Origin: Raja brachyura
Taxonomy: Eukaryota
Reading direction: 5' to 3'
Assembly: GCA_963514005.1 (NCBI GenBank)
Contig: OY740786.1
Coordinates: forward strand, 37,882,001 to 37,946,000
DNA: 64,000 bases
Shown here: one piece after another, positions 51,793-62,977 of the stretch
Layout of the letters: the number at the start of each line of letters is the position of its first letter
How positions within the stretch are numbered: position 1 is the stretch's first letter
Notes under the pieces: model-generated
What the model saw: the letters and a program-made list of their open reading frames with translations, nothing else
Told to the model about the DNA's origin: nothing
The model's database searches: none
Translations under genes and position numbers: made by a program

Positions 51793-53454
51793 GCCTATCT
51801 CCTTCGCTCCTTAGATGCTGCTGCACCCGCTGAGTTTCTCCAGCTTTCTGTGTAACCCCCAACTGACAATAAACTCTTCTCACTTGACTTAACCTGTCTA
51901 AATGTCATAAATGTTGTAATTGTACCTGCCTTAACCACTTCCTTTGCCAGTTTCTGCCTCCTGTGTGAATAACTTTGAGGTTCCCATCTTCCCCCTCTCA
52001 GCTTAAACCTATGCTCTCTGGTTCTAGATTCCCCATCCTTGGGAAAGAGAGTGTGAGCAATTACTCTACCCATATCCATATAAGAACACCACTCAATCTC
52101 CTACACTCATAGGAATAAAGTCCTAGCTTGCCTTACTTCTCCCTGTAACTCAGTCACTCTAGTCCGGACAACATCCTCATAAATCCTTTCTGCAGAAATG
52201 AGATAAGATTAATTAATGACCACATAGGGAAGACACAGTGTTTTTTAAAAGGTGGAATATTACATTTAATTTAAAGAAGGGATAATATTTAAGGGCAAGT
52301 ATGAATAAAAATAATTGTCAGAGTATCTACAGATACTTAATAGAGTTGAATAACTCTGAGATGCATATGTGTGTCCTCATGGGTTTTTGTCAAAACACTA
52401 GTTTATAAATGACAAAGAAAGCTTATTGAGTGTTACTGTTTGTTGCACAATTAGGTTGTTTATCAGTTATACAGGGCATTGGTAAAACCACATCTGGAAC
52501 ACCAAGCACAGTTTTGGTTTCCTTATGTAATGAAGGATTTTAATGTTTCATAAGCAGTTTAAAATAGTTTTGCTGGTCAATTCCTAGACAGGGAAAACGA
52601 CCTGATAACAAAAGGTTGGACAGCCTGGCCCTATATCCATTGGAATTTAGAAATGTCAAAAGGGACTTGACTGAAAGCAGACACAATCCAGAGAGGTCTT
52701 GATGTGGGGAGCAGGATTTGTCTTGTGGAAGACTCTAAAACTCAAAAAAAAATCAAAGCCAAAGATAGATTTGTTTTCTCTCAGAGGATGATGAGTCTTT
52801 GCAACTCTCTTTCTCAAAGGGTAGTTGTCACACTGTCTTAGAATATTTTTTAAAGCAGATGATAAGGCATAAGATATTAGGCAAGAGAATGAATACTTAC
52901 CATGGGTAGGCAAGAATGTGAGGTGGAGGCTACAGTCAGGTCAACTGAACATATTGAATGAAGGAACAGGCTTGAGGGGCTGTGTGGTCTATTCCTGTTG
53001 ATAAGTTGTAATTTCACCCTTATGTCCAAATGTTTGTTTGTGTCCTCATGAGAACATAGGGCTTGACATCCTGAAACTCCATGTCAAATAGCACACTGAC
53101 ATGTTCACTCTTGCAATCACAAAAAAAGATAAGTTATTTGCACAAGGTACTTAAGGACTGCCAATAACTTTGGGGAAGAAAGGAATAGAAGAGAGATAAA
53201 AGTCAATAAATAGATTTTAAAAAGCTGCATTGTATCAACCTCAGAAAGGAATTTCATTGTTATTGACAATGCTTAGTTGGTCTGCTGAAGTTGAATTAAT
53301 TGCATCCAATGAAAGTCACTTTGTTCTTCAACATGCATTATCTCTATTCAGCATTAAGTTGTTGAATTCAATTTTATTTAGTGCCTTTAACAGCCATTAA
53401 AAAATGAAGCCTCTAATCTATCTCGAAAAAATCTGGGCCTGAGGAAAATAACAT

Positions 53455-53790
53455 TAAAACCCGTCTCATGGTACGAGTTGACCGACGAGTGACCCCGAGT
53501 TTTCACTCGCGGTAATCACGTACACATAACATAGCGTGAACTTCGGAACTCGCGCGCGCAACATAGCGACTCGTGGCGCTAACGGCAGGTACCCGTGAAA
53601 CTTGTTAACTCTTGAAAAAATTCAAACATGTTTGAGGTTTTCCACGAGTCAAATTTACTGTTCAAGTTAAAGATTGAAACATTTAAACTCGTTGTTATAA
53701 TGTAGTGGCCGTGTGTTTACCTTAGTGACTCGTGAGTCTACCGTGGCACCGTCAATGGAAACTTTTCATTTCCCAGGTGGGAATGGAGTT
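53455..53790. mobile_element. Degenerate MITE related to 18394-18709, in the opposite orientation
   Basis: CTCGTGGCGCTAACGGCAGGTACCC matches the reverse complement of 18562-18586. It has the central palindrome TCAAACATGTTTGA and is CpG-rich in an AT-rich context. Confidence 0.6.
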
Positions 53791-54111
53791 ACCCGACACA
53801 CTATTCACTTCCCTACAATCATTTACCAAGATTGTGTAATATTTTGTTGACGTCATGTACATGCTTTCAATATTCATTTTACACCATGTATTGCAACTTT
53901 GTCAAGACCCTTCTGGAAGTCCGTATTCAGGTTGTTAAGGTTTGCCCTCAGCATTCTTTGCTTATTTTGTTGCTTAACTTCAGCTTCCCTTATTTGGTTC
54001 TAATCTAGTTTTCATGGAATAATATGGAACTAGTTGTTCCTCCCAGCTAACATCAATTTTCAAAGTGAGGCAGCAATCAAATGTATACACGACCAGGATT
54101 AATTGTAGCGA

Positions 54112-54210
54112 ATGGGGGCAGGCAGCATCCCTGGAGAATAGGAACAGGCGATGTTTCGGGTCAAGACCCTTCTTCAGACTGTGAGTCAGGGGAAAGGGAG
54201 ACAAGAGATC
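54112..54210 (-). mobile_element. Penelope pseudo-LTR fragment with hammerhead motif
   Basis: Reverse complement CTGAAGAAGGGTCTTGACCCGAAACATCGCC at about 54147-54177. Confidence 0.7.
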
Positions 54211-54236
54211 ATTTTCCCCTGACCCTCAGACATCAG

Positions 54237-54439
54237 TGTAAATAAGCAATTTACAAACTCTAAAAGTGTTCAACACATTTTAATGATAGCACAAGGTATT
54301 ACATACATCCTCAAATACTGGCTACATTCTTCTAGTGAACCGTATCCAGGAAGGGGAAGGCGTTATGATTGATGTTAACTAGGCGGGGTTAATGGTACTG
54401 AGGTAACTATGTTATTGGTTGCATGCAAAACCATCTACA
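54237..54439 (-). repeat. 3' LTR
   Basis: TGTAAATAAG..CCATCTACA. No differences from 58746-58948 were seen by eye. Confidence 0.97.
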
Positions 54440-54450
54440 TCCTTCCCCTT
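54440..54450 (-). promoter_or_regulatory. Polypurine tract (PPT)
   Basis: Minus-strand AAGGGGAAGGA directly abuts the 3' LTR. Confidence 0.9.
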
Positions 54451-54501
54451 AGAAAATTTAAAAGAAACAGACCGTTGTCACTACAACAGAATTAAACAGA
54501 A

Positions 54502-57500
54502 TTAAACAGAATCGCCATAACGAACAGGTGGCTTGCTGATCCGGCCCGAGCGCGTACGGATGCCTCCCCCTTCCCCCGGAGGAGCAGAAAAAACAGGGGG
54601 ACCCGAGACAGCAGGGGAACCAGGGAAGGGCGGTGGGGTTGGAGGAACAGCGGAGGGAGAACCGCGACCGCCAACAGGTGACCCGCGCAGAGGGGAACCG
54701 GGCGCTCGATATTGGGACCGAGGCATGCAGGGAACGCTGGCTGGGACAGGAGCCGGCTGCTGGTATGAGAGCGGCGGGGCATAGGGGCCCGGGGCCTGCG
54801 GCTTCGGCTCATTAACCGCAAGCAGGTGTTGTCGGCTTCTACGGTAGATGGTTCCCTCATAGTCGACCAGATACGAACGAGGTGAGTCGGCCACCCCAAC
54901 CACAGTAGCCAGACGGGAGTGACCACTGGCGGTTTGCAATCGAACAACCTGTCCAGGCAACAAAGGATCGAGTGGTCTGCACGACCGATCGTGGGAACGC
55001 CGCTGGCTGTCATGTTTCTCTTGAATGCGCCTCTGCACAGAGGCAGGCTCCAGCACCCGAGGTTTCAGCTGGCGCTGGGCAATCGGGATGGTAGATCTGG
55101 TTGTTCTGGACATCAGACGCTGAGCAGGGGACCCCATGGCCGGATCTCTGGAAACATTCCTGAGGTTCAGGAGATCCAAATACAAATCAGAGTTAGACAG
55201 TCTCGCTTGTTCCATCAGAAGCTTGGCGCTGCGGACGGCCCGTTCAGCAAGGCCGTTGCTCTGTGGGTACTCCGGGCTGCTGGTGAAATGCACAAAATTC
55301 CATTTGTCAGCAAAACTTTTGAACTCACGGCTGGTAAACTGCCTGCCATTGTCAGTCTGCAGCCTGACAGGGGACCCAAACGTGGAGAAGTGTTTCCGCA
55401 GCTTCCGGATCACCATCTCCGACGTGAGGGATGTCAGCAAATCCACCTCGAACCAGTTTGAGTACGAGTCGACCAGGACAAGGTAGTGGTTACCACGCCA
55501 CTCGAAGATGTCGGCAGCCAGCGAGGACCAGGCCAAGGCAGGAGCGGGCTGTTGCAGCAGGGGCTGTCGCTGCTGATGTGGAGCAAGACTGTTGCACGTG
55601 GAGCAGGCAGAAACACGGTCTCGAATATATTTGGCCATTCCAGGCCAGTAGAATTGGCACTGAGCGTGGGCGAGTGTTGCATCGACCCCGGGGTGTCCGC
55701 TGTGGGCTGCGCAGTAGTAAGAATCGAACAGGGAGGACGGGACCACCACTTTATGTCCCTTAACGATAACGCCATTCTGGAGCACCAGTTCGTCACGGAC
55801 CAGGAAGAAGGGCTGTGTTTCAGGCGGTGCAGCGGAGCGCTTTGTTGGCCACCCTGATTTAATCACAGACGCAAGCCGTTGCAAAACTGGATCGGCAGCG
55901 GTGTGCTCGGCCAAAAGCTGCAGCTGCTTGGTGGGAATAAAATTGACGCCCAGTACGAGCAAGTCCTCTGTTTCGTAGGGGTGGCGAGCACAGGAGGCCC
56001 GCGGGGCGCGCGATAAGGTGTCCGCGATGTGCATCTCGGTGCCTTTCTTGTAGACGATGTCGAAATCAAAGCGCTGGAGCTGCAGCATCATACGCTGCAG
56101 CCTGGCAGGGGCAGCATGAATCGGCTTGTTCAGGATTGTCACCAGTGGCTGGTGGTCGGTTTCGACTGTAAATCTGCTGCCAAACAGGAAGTCTCTGAAC
56201 TTGGAGCAGGCAAACACCACCGCAAGCAGCTCCTTCTCGATCTGAGCGTACCGCTGCTCGGTGTCCGTCATGGTGCGGGAGGCATAGGAGACAGGATGTA
56301 ACGATCCATCGACAGATTGGAGGCATGCCGCGCCCAGGCCGAACTTAGAAGCGTCACATGTGACGGTGATGGGGCGACTCGCATCAAAAAATCGCAACGT
56401 CGGAGTGTTAATCAGTTTCGACTTGTGACAGTCAAACGCCTGCTGGTGCTGTGGGAGCCAGACCCAGGCGATATCCTTTTTTGTCAGCTGCCGCAGGGGA
56501 GCACTCAGCTCACTGAGATTTGGTACAAACTTCCCAAGGTAGTTCACCATGCCCAAGAAACGTTGTAGACCTGGCACGTCGGCGGGGGCTGCCATCTCAG
56601 AGATGGCCGCTGCCTTCAAAGGGTCGGGTTTTAGTCCGTTAGAGGTGAAAACGTGTCCAACATACGTGACTTCTGAGACACGAAACCGGCACTTCTTTGG
56701 GTTCAGTTCAGGTTGGCCTTTCGCGCCCGATCCAGGACGCGGCGGAGGTTCTGGTCATGTTCGGCAATGTCCTTCCCATAGACTAAGATGTCATCCACGA
56801 TGATGGCACATGGCAGGCCCGAGAATATCTGCTCCATCGTTCGCTGGAACACCTCACTAGCGGAATTGATGCCGAATGGCATTCGCAGGAATTTGAATCT
56901 GCCGAATGGTGTGGCGAAGGTTGTCAGGTCGGAAGATGCTTTGTCCAACGGGATCTGCCAGAATGAGTTCTTAGCGTCTAGGACCGAAAAGACGGTGGCT
57001 TGCCCGACCTGAGCCGCCACGTCCTCAACAGACCGCATGGGGTAGTGTGGTCGCCTGATGGCAAGGTTTAAGTCCTTGGGGTTGATACACACACGTATTT
57101 CATTCTTGTCTTTCTTTATCGTGGCAACCATGGTGGAGACCCAATCGGTGGGCTCGCTGACCGCTTCTAGCACCCCCTTGTCGACCATGTTGTTAAGCAT
57201 CGCCTCGACCCTGTCTTTCATGGCGTGGGACACCTGTGAGGTGCGCGGACCACGGGTTGTACATTTGGGTCAATGGAAATATGGTATGTCAGTGGTAACT
57301 TTCCCAGGTCATCGTTGAACAGGTCCTGGTATTCTGCAATTGGGTTAAATGACAGTTGCACTTTGTGGACCGTGTGGTCGAAGGACACCAGGCCAAGATC
57401 TTGGCACGCACGGTTTCCCAGCAGGGTAACACAGTCAGAGTTCAAAACATAAAAAATCAAGTTTCTCGTGGCCTTCTGTAGCCTGCAAGTTAAAGTGGCC

Positions 57501-58651
57501 CTCCCCACAGGCCTGAGAATTTCTCCACCATAGGCATGCAGTGTAGCATTGTCAGCGACCAAGGCCTCATTAGTCCTTATCTTGTTGAAAAGATTTATTG
57601 ACAAAACATTGACCTTTGCCCCAGTATCTAACTTCGCAAGGAAGGTTACATTGTTGACAGTCACAGACACGGAGGGATCAAGACGTTGGCCAGGTGCCTG
57701 GAGGAGGGTAAACACATTCGAATCCTCGGGAGAATTAATTGGATCTGCATCATAGGATTCAGCAACATCGGGCTGTGGGTTGGAACAGCTATCAGATTGT
57801 TTAAGCATGTTTAGACTGGGTCTGGAAATCTGTACCTGTCTCCCACGAGAACGAAATGAGCGGCAGGCAGAAGCGAAATGATTCAGTTTGTTACAAAAAT
57901 TACAAGCCTTGCCATAGGCAGGGCACGTCGACCGTCTGTGGTGCATGTAGTTACAGTTAGGGCACCTTTTTGGGGGCACATCAGCAGGACCAAGGTTGGC
58001 ACGCGGCAGAAAAGCATTGTTTCCCCTCTGAGGCAGGGCTCTACTAAATCCAACCTGGTGAACAGACTTATCTCCCAAGTCCCGGTGATCATCTGGCAAT
58101 ACAACGACCTCAGACAATCTGCAGGCATGCATGGCTTTTTCTAACGTTAGAACCGGATCCCTAAGAAGCTCACATCGCAGCTTCTGGTCACGCATGCCAG
58201 TTACTAAAATGTCTCTAGTGAGCTGGTCTGTCATGTCACCGAAACGGCACCGCTGGGCGAGATAACGCAAATCGGCAATAAAACATTCAGCAGGTTCCTC
58301 CGGCAGCTGTCTCCTTGTAAAGAACCGTGCCCTCTCTAGAATGCGGTTCGAGGGCAGGTCACAAATCTCCCTGAACTTACGTAGCAGGCAAGCAGGGTCA
58401 CTGGCAGATTCTGCAGGGGTAACCACCACGTTGTTGTCGTCCAGGACCGCTGGAGCATAGACGAAAGTTCTGGCTCTCTTCATGGCATCAGGTCCGACAA
58501 GGTTGAGTAGGAGGGAGGCTTTGAGGGAGTCAGGATCATTGCGGTGAGCGACGTTGACAAAGTGGGTGAAATCAATTTCAAACGTAGCCCAGCGCTCAGA
58601 AATATCAGCATCAAAGACAAGCTGCGCGGGCTTTCTGCACGAGGATGCCAT
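54502..58651 (-). CDS. Gypsy gag-pol polyprotein, split by two apparent 1-nt frameshifts (about 57235 and 56707)
   Basis: ATG at 58651 (MASSCRKP). Zinc knuckles CPNC..H..C and CNFC..H..C, protease LDTGA, RT RMPFG and IVDD, RNase H CDAS..EKE..TDH, integrase HHCC plus D,D,E (AADIF, QTDNG, NGLAERAV). Confidence 0.93.
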
Positions 58652-58728
58652 GGTCAGAGAGATAAAGCACAAAAGGCACAAATCAAATAAAAGAAATAAA
58701 ACCCGATGGACAGGTAGGCGCAAGTATC

Positions 58729-58745
58729 TTCCAGCTCCGACACCA
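58729..58745 (-). promoter_or_regulatory. Primer-binding site (probably tRNA-Leu)
   Basis: TGGTGTCGGAGCTGGAA immediately follows the 5' LTR. The tRNA identity is inferred from the TGGTGTC start. Confidence 0.75.
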
Positions 58746-58948
58746 TGTAAATAAGCAATTTACAAACTCTAAAAGTGTTCAACACATTTTAATGATAGCA
58801 CAAGGTATTACATACATCCTCAAATACTGGCTACATTCTTCTAGTGAACCGTATCCAGGAAGGGGAAGGCGTTATGATTGATGTTAACTAGGCGGGGTTA
58901 ATGGTACTGAGGTAACTATGTTATTGGTTGCATGCAAAACCATCTACA
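58746..58948 (-). repeat. 5' LTR
   Basis: Direct repeat of 54237-54439. Confidence 0.97.
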
Positions 58949-59994
58949 ATCAGGAATCACATTGGTTTAGACCTGGACCATCTCTGCTGCACTGTGGTAC
59001 AGCAGTTATGCTGCTGCCTCGTGGTCTCAGGTTTGATCCTGACCTCAGCTGCTGTCCGTGTGGAGTTAGTGACCAAGAGGCTTTGTATCAACTGCGGTTC
59101 GAAGCGTCTGCTTTTTGAATTCCCACAAATAGCACAAGGTGTAAATCAACATTTTAAAACCATTTTAAACAACATAGGTTGCAATACAGTAAAGGATTCT
59201 GTTTAACCCAATCACTGGGCACTAGTGTTGCACCATTACGAAATAATTTGTTAAAACGTGCTGCGCCTCTGGTCAGCACAAATATCTCAGAAGTAAAGCT
59301 GCATTTATTTGAAAATGAGACATATTTATACAGATTATTCCTGAAATATTTGAGGTTTATTTATTTGTAGACTATTTCTGCTCAGGAAGATGCGCCAGTA
59401 AAATGGCTCTGGCTAAAATCAACACTTCACACATTAATAATAAGAGTCAAAGGCAAGTTACAGCAGATACTGAAAATCAGAAAAATAGAGAAAAGAGTAG
59501 AAAATGCTTCACAACTGAGGCTGCACAGAGAGTGAGTCACGCACATACAGACAAGGGTCAACGTTAATTAAATATCAAAAGAACTGCAGCTGCTGGAAAT
59601 CTGAAGTGAAAACAGAACAGTTGGAATCACGGAACAGGTCAGTGGAGAGAGAGAAGCAGAGTACGCTTTTCCTTCTGCCTTCATTGCACAAACATCCTTG
59701 TATGACATAAAGGGCTGCTGCATACAGCACTTGAATAAAAAACATCACCATCCTGGACTCCAATTGCCTGCTTGCAGCCATGTTTCCAAATGAGCCAATT
59801 TAAAAAAGGGAGGCTTTTTATAGTGCAAAAAAACCGGCATGACACAAGAGTAACTCGGGAGAGGAACTTGGTAACGCGGGAGACGAACTTGGAACATTGC
59901 AGAAATTACAAGTAAACGGCAAACTTAGTCCAGCTTTTTGTGTCTATCTTCAGTTTAAACCAGCATCTGCAGTTCCGTCCTACACATTAAACAT

Positions 59995-61205
59995 GTTGCT
60001 GGCCTTTATAAATCAGAGCATTGAATATAGGAGTAGGGAAGTAATGTTAAAATTGTACAAGGCATTGGTAAGACCAATTCTGAAGTATGGTGTACAATTT
60101 TGGTAGCCTAATTAAAGGAAGGATGTCGACAAAATAGAGAGAGTACAGAGGAGATTTACTAGAATGTTGCCTGGGTTCCAGCAATTAAAGGGCCTGTCCC
60201 ACCAGCAAGCAACTCTATGCGATTAGCGCGACCTAACGTGGTCGCTTGAGCTGTCCGGCATCGCGGGGCCGTTCCCACTTCGATCCCCGGAGCCTTGCGG
60301 AATTGTGCGGAGTTCGTCCCGAGTTCGTCCCGACACCTCACGGGGCTCCGAAAAACCGACTCTGTCCAAATATTCCGCGCGGCAACAGTTTGTCAGCTCG
60401 CAGTCGCCTCGACATTTACACACCGCCCGGACATCGTGCCTCCGTGAACCTATTTGTAAGTGCCTCCGTGACCCTCTATGTGTGTGGCTCCATGGCCCTG
60501 TATGTGTGTGTGCCTCGGTGCCCCTCTCTGTGTGCCCCTCTAAGTCCTGGCAAACTTACCTTGGACTTGCTTCAAGTTCGCCTCACTTTGGGCCGCGTTG
60601 CGCCACTCACCCGACCTCCGCGCGGCCTTCGCTGCTGGTTTGGTCGCACTTGCCGGATACAGGCGCATGCTGGTGGGAACGGCCCTGTACAGGGGATCAC
60701 CCGACCTCCGCGCGGCCCTCGCTGCCGGTATGATCGCGTTCATCGCATAGAGTTGCATGCTGGTGGGACAGGCCCTTAAGTTACAGAGAAAGGTTGAACA
60801 AGTTAGGTCTTTATTCTTTGGAGCGCAGAAGGTTAAGGGGGGACTTGATTGAGGTCTTTAAAATGATGAAAGGGATAGACAGAGTTGACGTGGATAAGCT
60901 TTTCCCATTGAGGGTAGGAAAGATTCAAACAAGAGGGCATGACATGAGAATTAAGGGACATAAGTTTAGGGGTAACATGAGGGGGAACTTCTTTACTCAG
61001 AGAGTGGTGGCTGTGTGGAATGATCTTCCTGCAGAAGTGGTGGAGGCAGGATCAATTTTAACAGTTAAAAGTAACGTGGATAGGTATATGGACGGGAAGG
61101 GAATGGAGGGGTATGGTCTGAGTGCAGGTAGAAGGGACTATAGGGAAAATAAATGGTCGGCACGGACTGGAAGGGCTGTAATTGTTATATGGTTATATTA
61201 TATGT
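59995..61205 (+). mobile_element. 5'-truncated CR1, close paralogue of 15603-16232, interrupted by a MITE
   Basis: Near-identical sequence to the 3' end of the full-length CR1 (ERRRLRGDLIEVFKMMKGIDRVDVDKLFPLRVGK), with the same GTTATATG tail. Confidence 0.92.
60189..60776. mobile_element. PIF/Harbinger-type MITE (588 bp)
   Basis: TIRs AGGGCCTGTCCCACCAGCA..CAACTCTATGCGAT / ATCGCATAGAGTTG..TGCTGGTGGGACAGGCCCT. TAA TSD at 60186-60188 and 60777-60779. Confidence 0.93.
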
Positions 61206-61474
61206 TAATCTGGGCTTGCAGATTGATTGAAAGATTTCTGGACTGCACTACCAAATTCTAAATCTGTTTACTGACCTCATTTTTTACACAACATGATTGC
61301 AGACATAATGCCTTACAACGCCCTACTGCCCCAAGTAGTTAAGGATTCCCTATCATGCTTGGAAGTTTATTCAAAGTATTAATCATTCTATATGAGCAGC
61401 ATTCCAAAATCCTTCCTAAATTTTCTTTTTAATTTGTGTGGACCTCTATAAACATCAGCTTTGGCTTACTTCGA

Positions 61475-62890
61475 GTCAGAGTTAAACAGCGCAGAAACAG
61501 GCTCCTTGGCCCAAGTCATCCCTGCCATCCAAGCTGCTACCACAAGCTTGTCCCATTTGCCTGCATTTGGCCAATATCGCATAAACTCTATCCAAATACC
61601 TTTTAAATGTTGTAATTGTTCCCGCCTTTACCAATTCCACTGGCAGCTCATACCACATGGAACATAGAACATAGAAAAGTACAGCACAGGAACAGGTCCT
61701 TTGGCCACAAAGTCTGCGCTGAATATGACGCCAACCTAAACTAATTTAATTTGCCTGCATATAATCCATACCCCTCTATCTCCATGTGTCAATCTAAGTC
61801 TCTTAAATGCCACTATCTTATCTGCCTCTACCACCACTCAAGGCAGCGAGTTCCAGGTGCCCCCCGCTCTGTGTAAAGAACTTGCCCAGCCCATATCCTT
61901 TAAACGTTTTGCCTTTCACATTAATGCTATACCCCCTCGTCTTTGATATCTCAACCCTGGGTAAAAGTTTCCGACTGTCTATAACATTCATAGTTTTATA
62001 TACTTCGATTGGATCTTTACTCAGCCTCCAATGCTCCAGCAAAAACAATCCAAGTTTGTCCAACCTTTCTTTACCTCTAATACCACTGAATCAAGGCAGC
62101 TTTCTGGTAATTATTTTCTGCACCCTCTCAAAAGCCTCCACTTCCATTCCTTTAATGGGACAACCATAACTGTACACAATACTCCAAATACATCATGACT
62201 TCCTGACTCTCATACTCAATGCCTGACCAATGAAGACATGCAAACTATACACCTTCATTACCACTTTATATAAGCATAGAAAATAGGTGCAGGAGCAGGC
62301 CATTCGGCCCATCGAGCCAGCACCACCATTCAATATGATCATGGCTGATTATCCAAAATCAGTACCCCGTTACTGTTTTTTCCCCCATATCCCTCGATTC
62401 CGTTAGCCCTAAGAGCTAAATCTAACTCTTGAAAACGTCCAGTGAATTGGCCTCCACTGCCTTCTGTGGCAGAGAATCTCATCCTCATCTCAGCCCTAAA
62501 TGGCCTACTCTTTATTCTTAATTCTACTTGTGTTGCCACTTTCAGGGAGCTATAGACTTGCGTGCCAAGATCCTTCTGTACATTAAGGGTCTTTGTATTA
62601 ACTATATACTTTCTCCTTATATTCCACTTCCCAAAGTGCAACACCTGACTGTCTCTCGGAATTAAACTCCATCTGCCATTTCTCTACCCATTTCGTATGC
62701 TGAACTTTATCCCACTGTATACTTTGGCCACCTTCCTCACAGTCTGCAACTGCAACAATCTTGGTGTTCTCTGCAAACTTTCCAACCAACCGATATACAT
62801 TTATGTCCAAGTCATTGATATATATCACAAACAACACTGATCTCAGCACAGATACCTGTGGAATACCACTGATAACAGACCTCTGGTCCA
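61475..62890 (-). mobile_element. Cluster of degenerate CR1 fragments
   Basis: Tails at about 61480, 61660 and 62275. ORF remnants read SGIPQVSVL..IYINDLD..KFAENTK, WQMEFN and KLGLFLLE. Confidence 0.8.
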
Positions 62891-62977
62891 CCATTCTCGT
62901 GTGAAAAAGTTTATCCTCTCATTGTGCATACATTTACAAGATCCTTCCTTACTTTGAATGCTTCTACTTAAGGTGGA

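Larger units (their letters stand above)
51186..51863 (+). mobile_element. Truncated Penelope-like insertion with an inverted 5' pseudo-LTR and 15-bp TSD
   Basis: Inverted arms of about 213 bp at 51222-51434 and 51646-51858. The spacer encodes RKLEEQHLIFRLGSLHPLGLSIE. TGACAATAAACTCTT is duplicated at 51171-51185 and 51864-51878. Confidence 0.9.
49836..51890 (+). mobile_element. Rex1/Babar-type LINE 3' fragment, split by two insertions
   Basis: Translates to GCIVAWFGN..RKRLQK, FPTIEGIYRSRCLKKAVNIIKDPHHPGH and LPSGRRYRS..RFRNS, a typical Rex1 C-terminus. The tail is TGACAATAAA. Host sequence ACCTGTCTA is repeated at 49817 and 51892. Confidence 0.8.
54237..58948 (-). mobile_element. Full-length Ty3/Gypsy LTR retrotransposon (Mag-like)
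   Basis: Two 203-bp TG..CA LTRs, TSD ATCAG (54232-54236 and 58949-58953), primer-binding site, polypurine tract, and gag-PR-RT-RH-IN domain order. Confidence 0.98.

Noticed and set aside
56765-56800. RT active site IVDD instead of YxDD as an inactivating lesion
   Set aside because: The two catalytic aspartates are intact and, to my knowledge, non-Tyr variants occur in Mag-like elements.
57218-57245. Programmed gag-pol ribosomal frameshift
   Set aside because: The break lies downstream of the protease, at the start of RT, with no clear slippery heptamer. A 1-nt deletion or sequencing error is simpler.
54533-58754. Numerous plus-strand ORFs over the Gypsy element
   Set aside because: They are antisense shadows of the GC-rich gag-pol frame.
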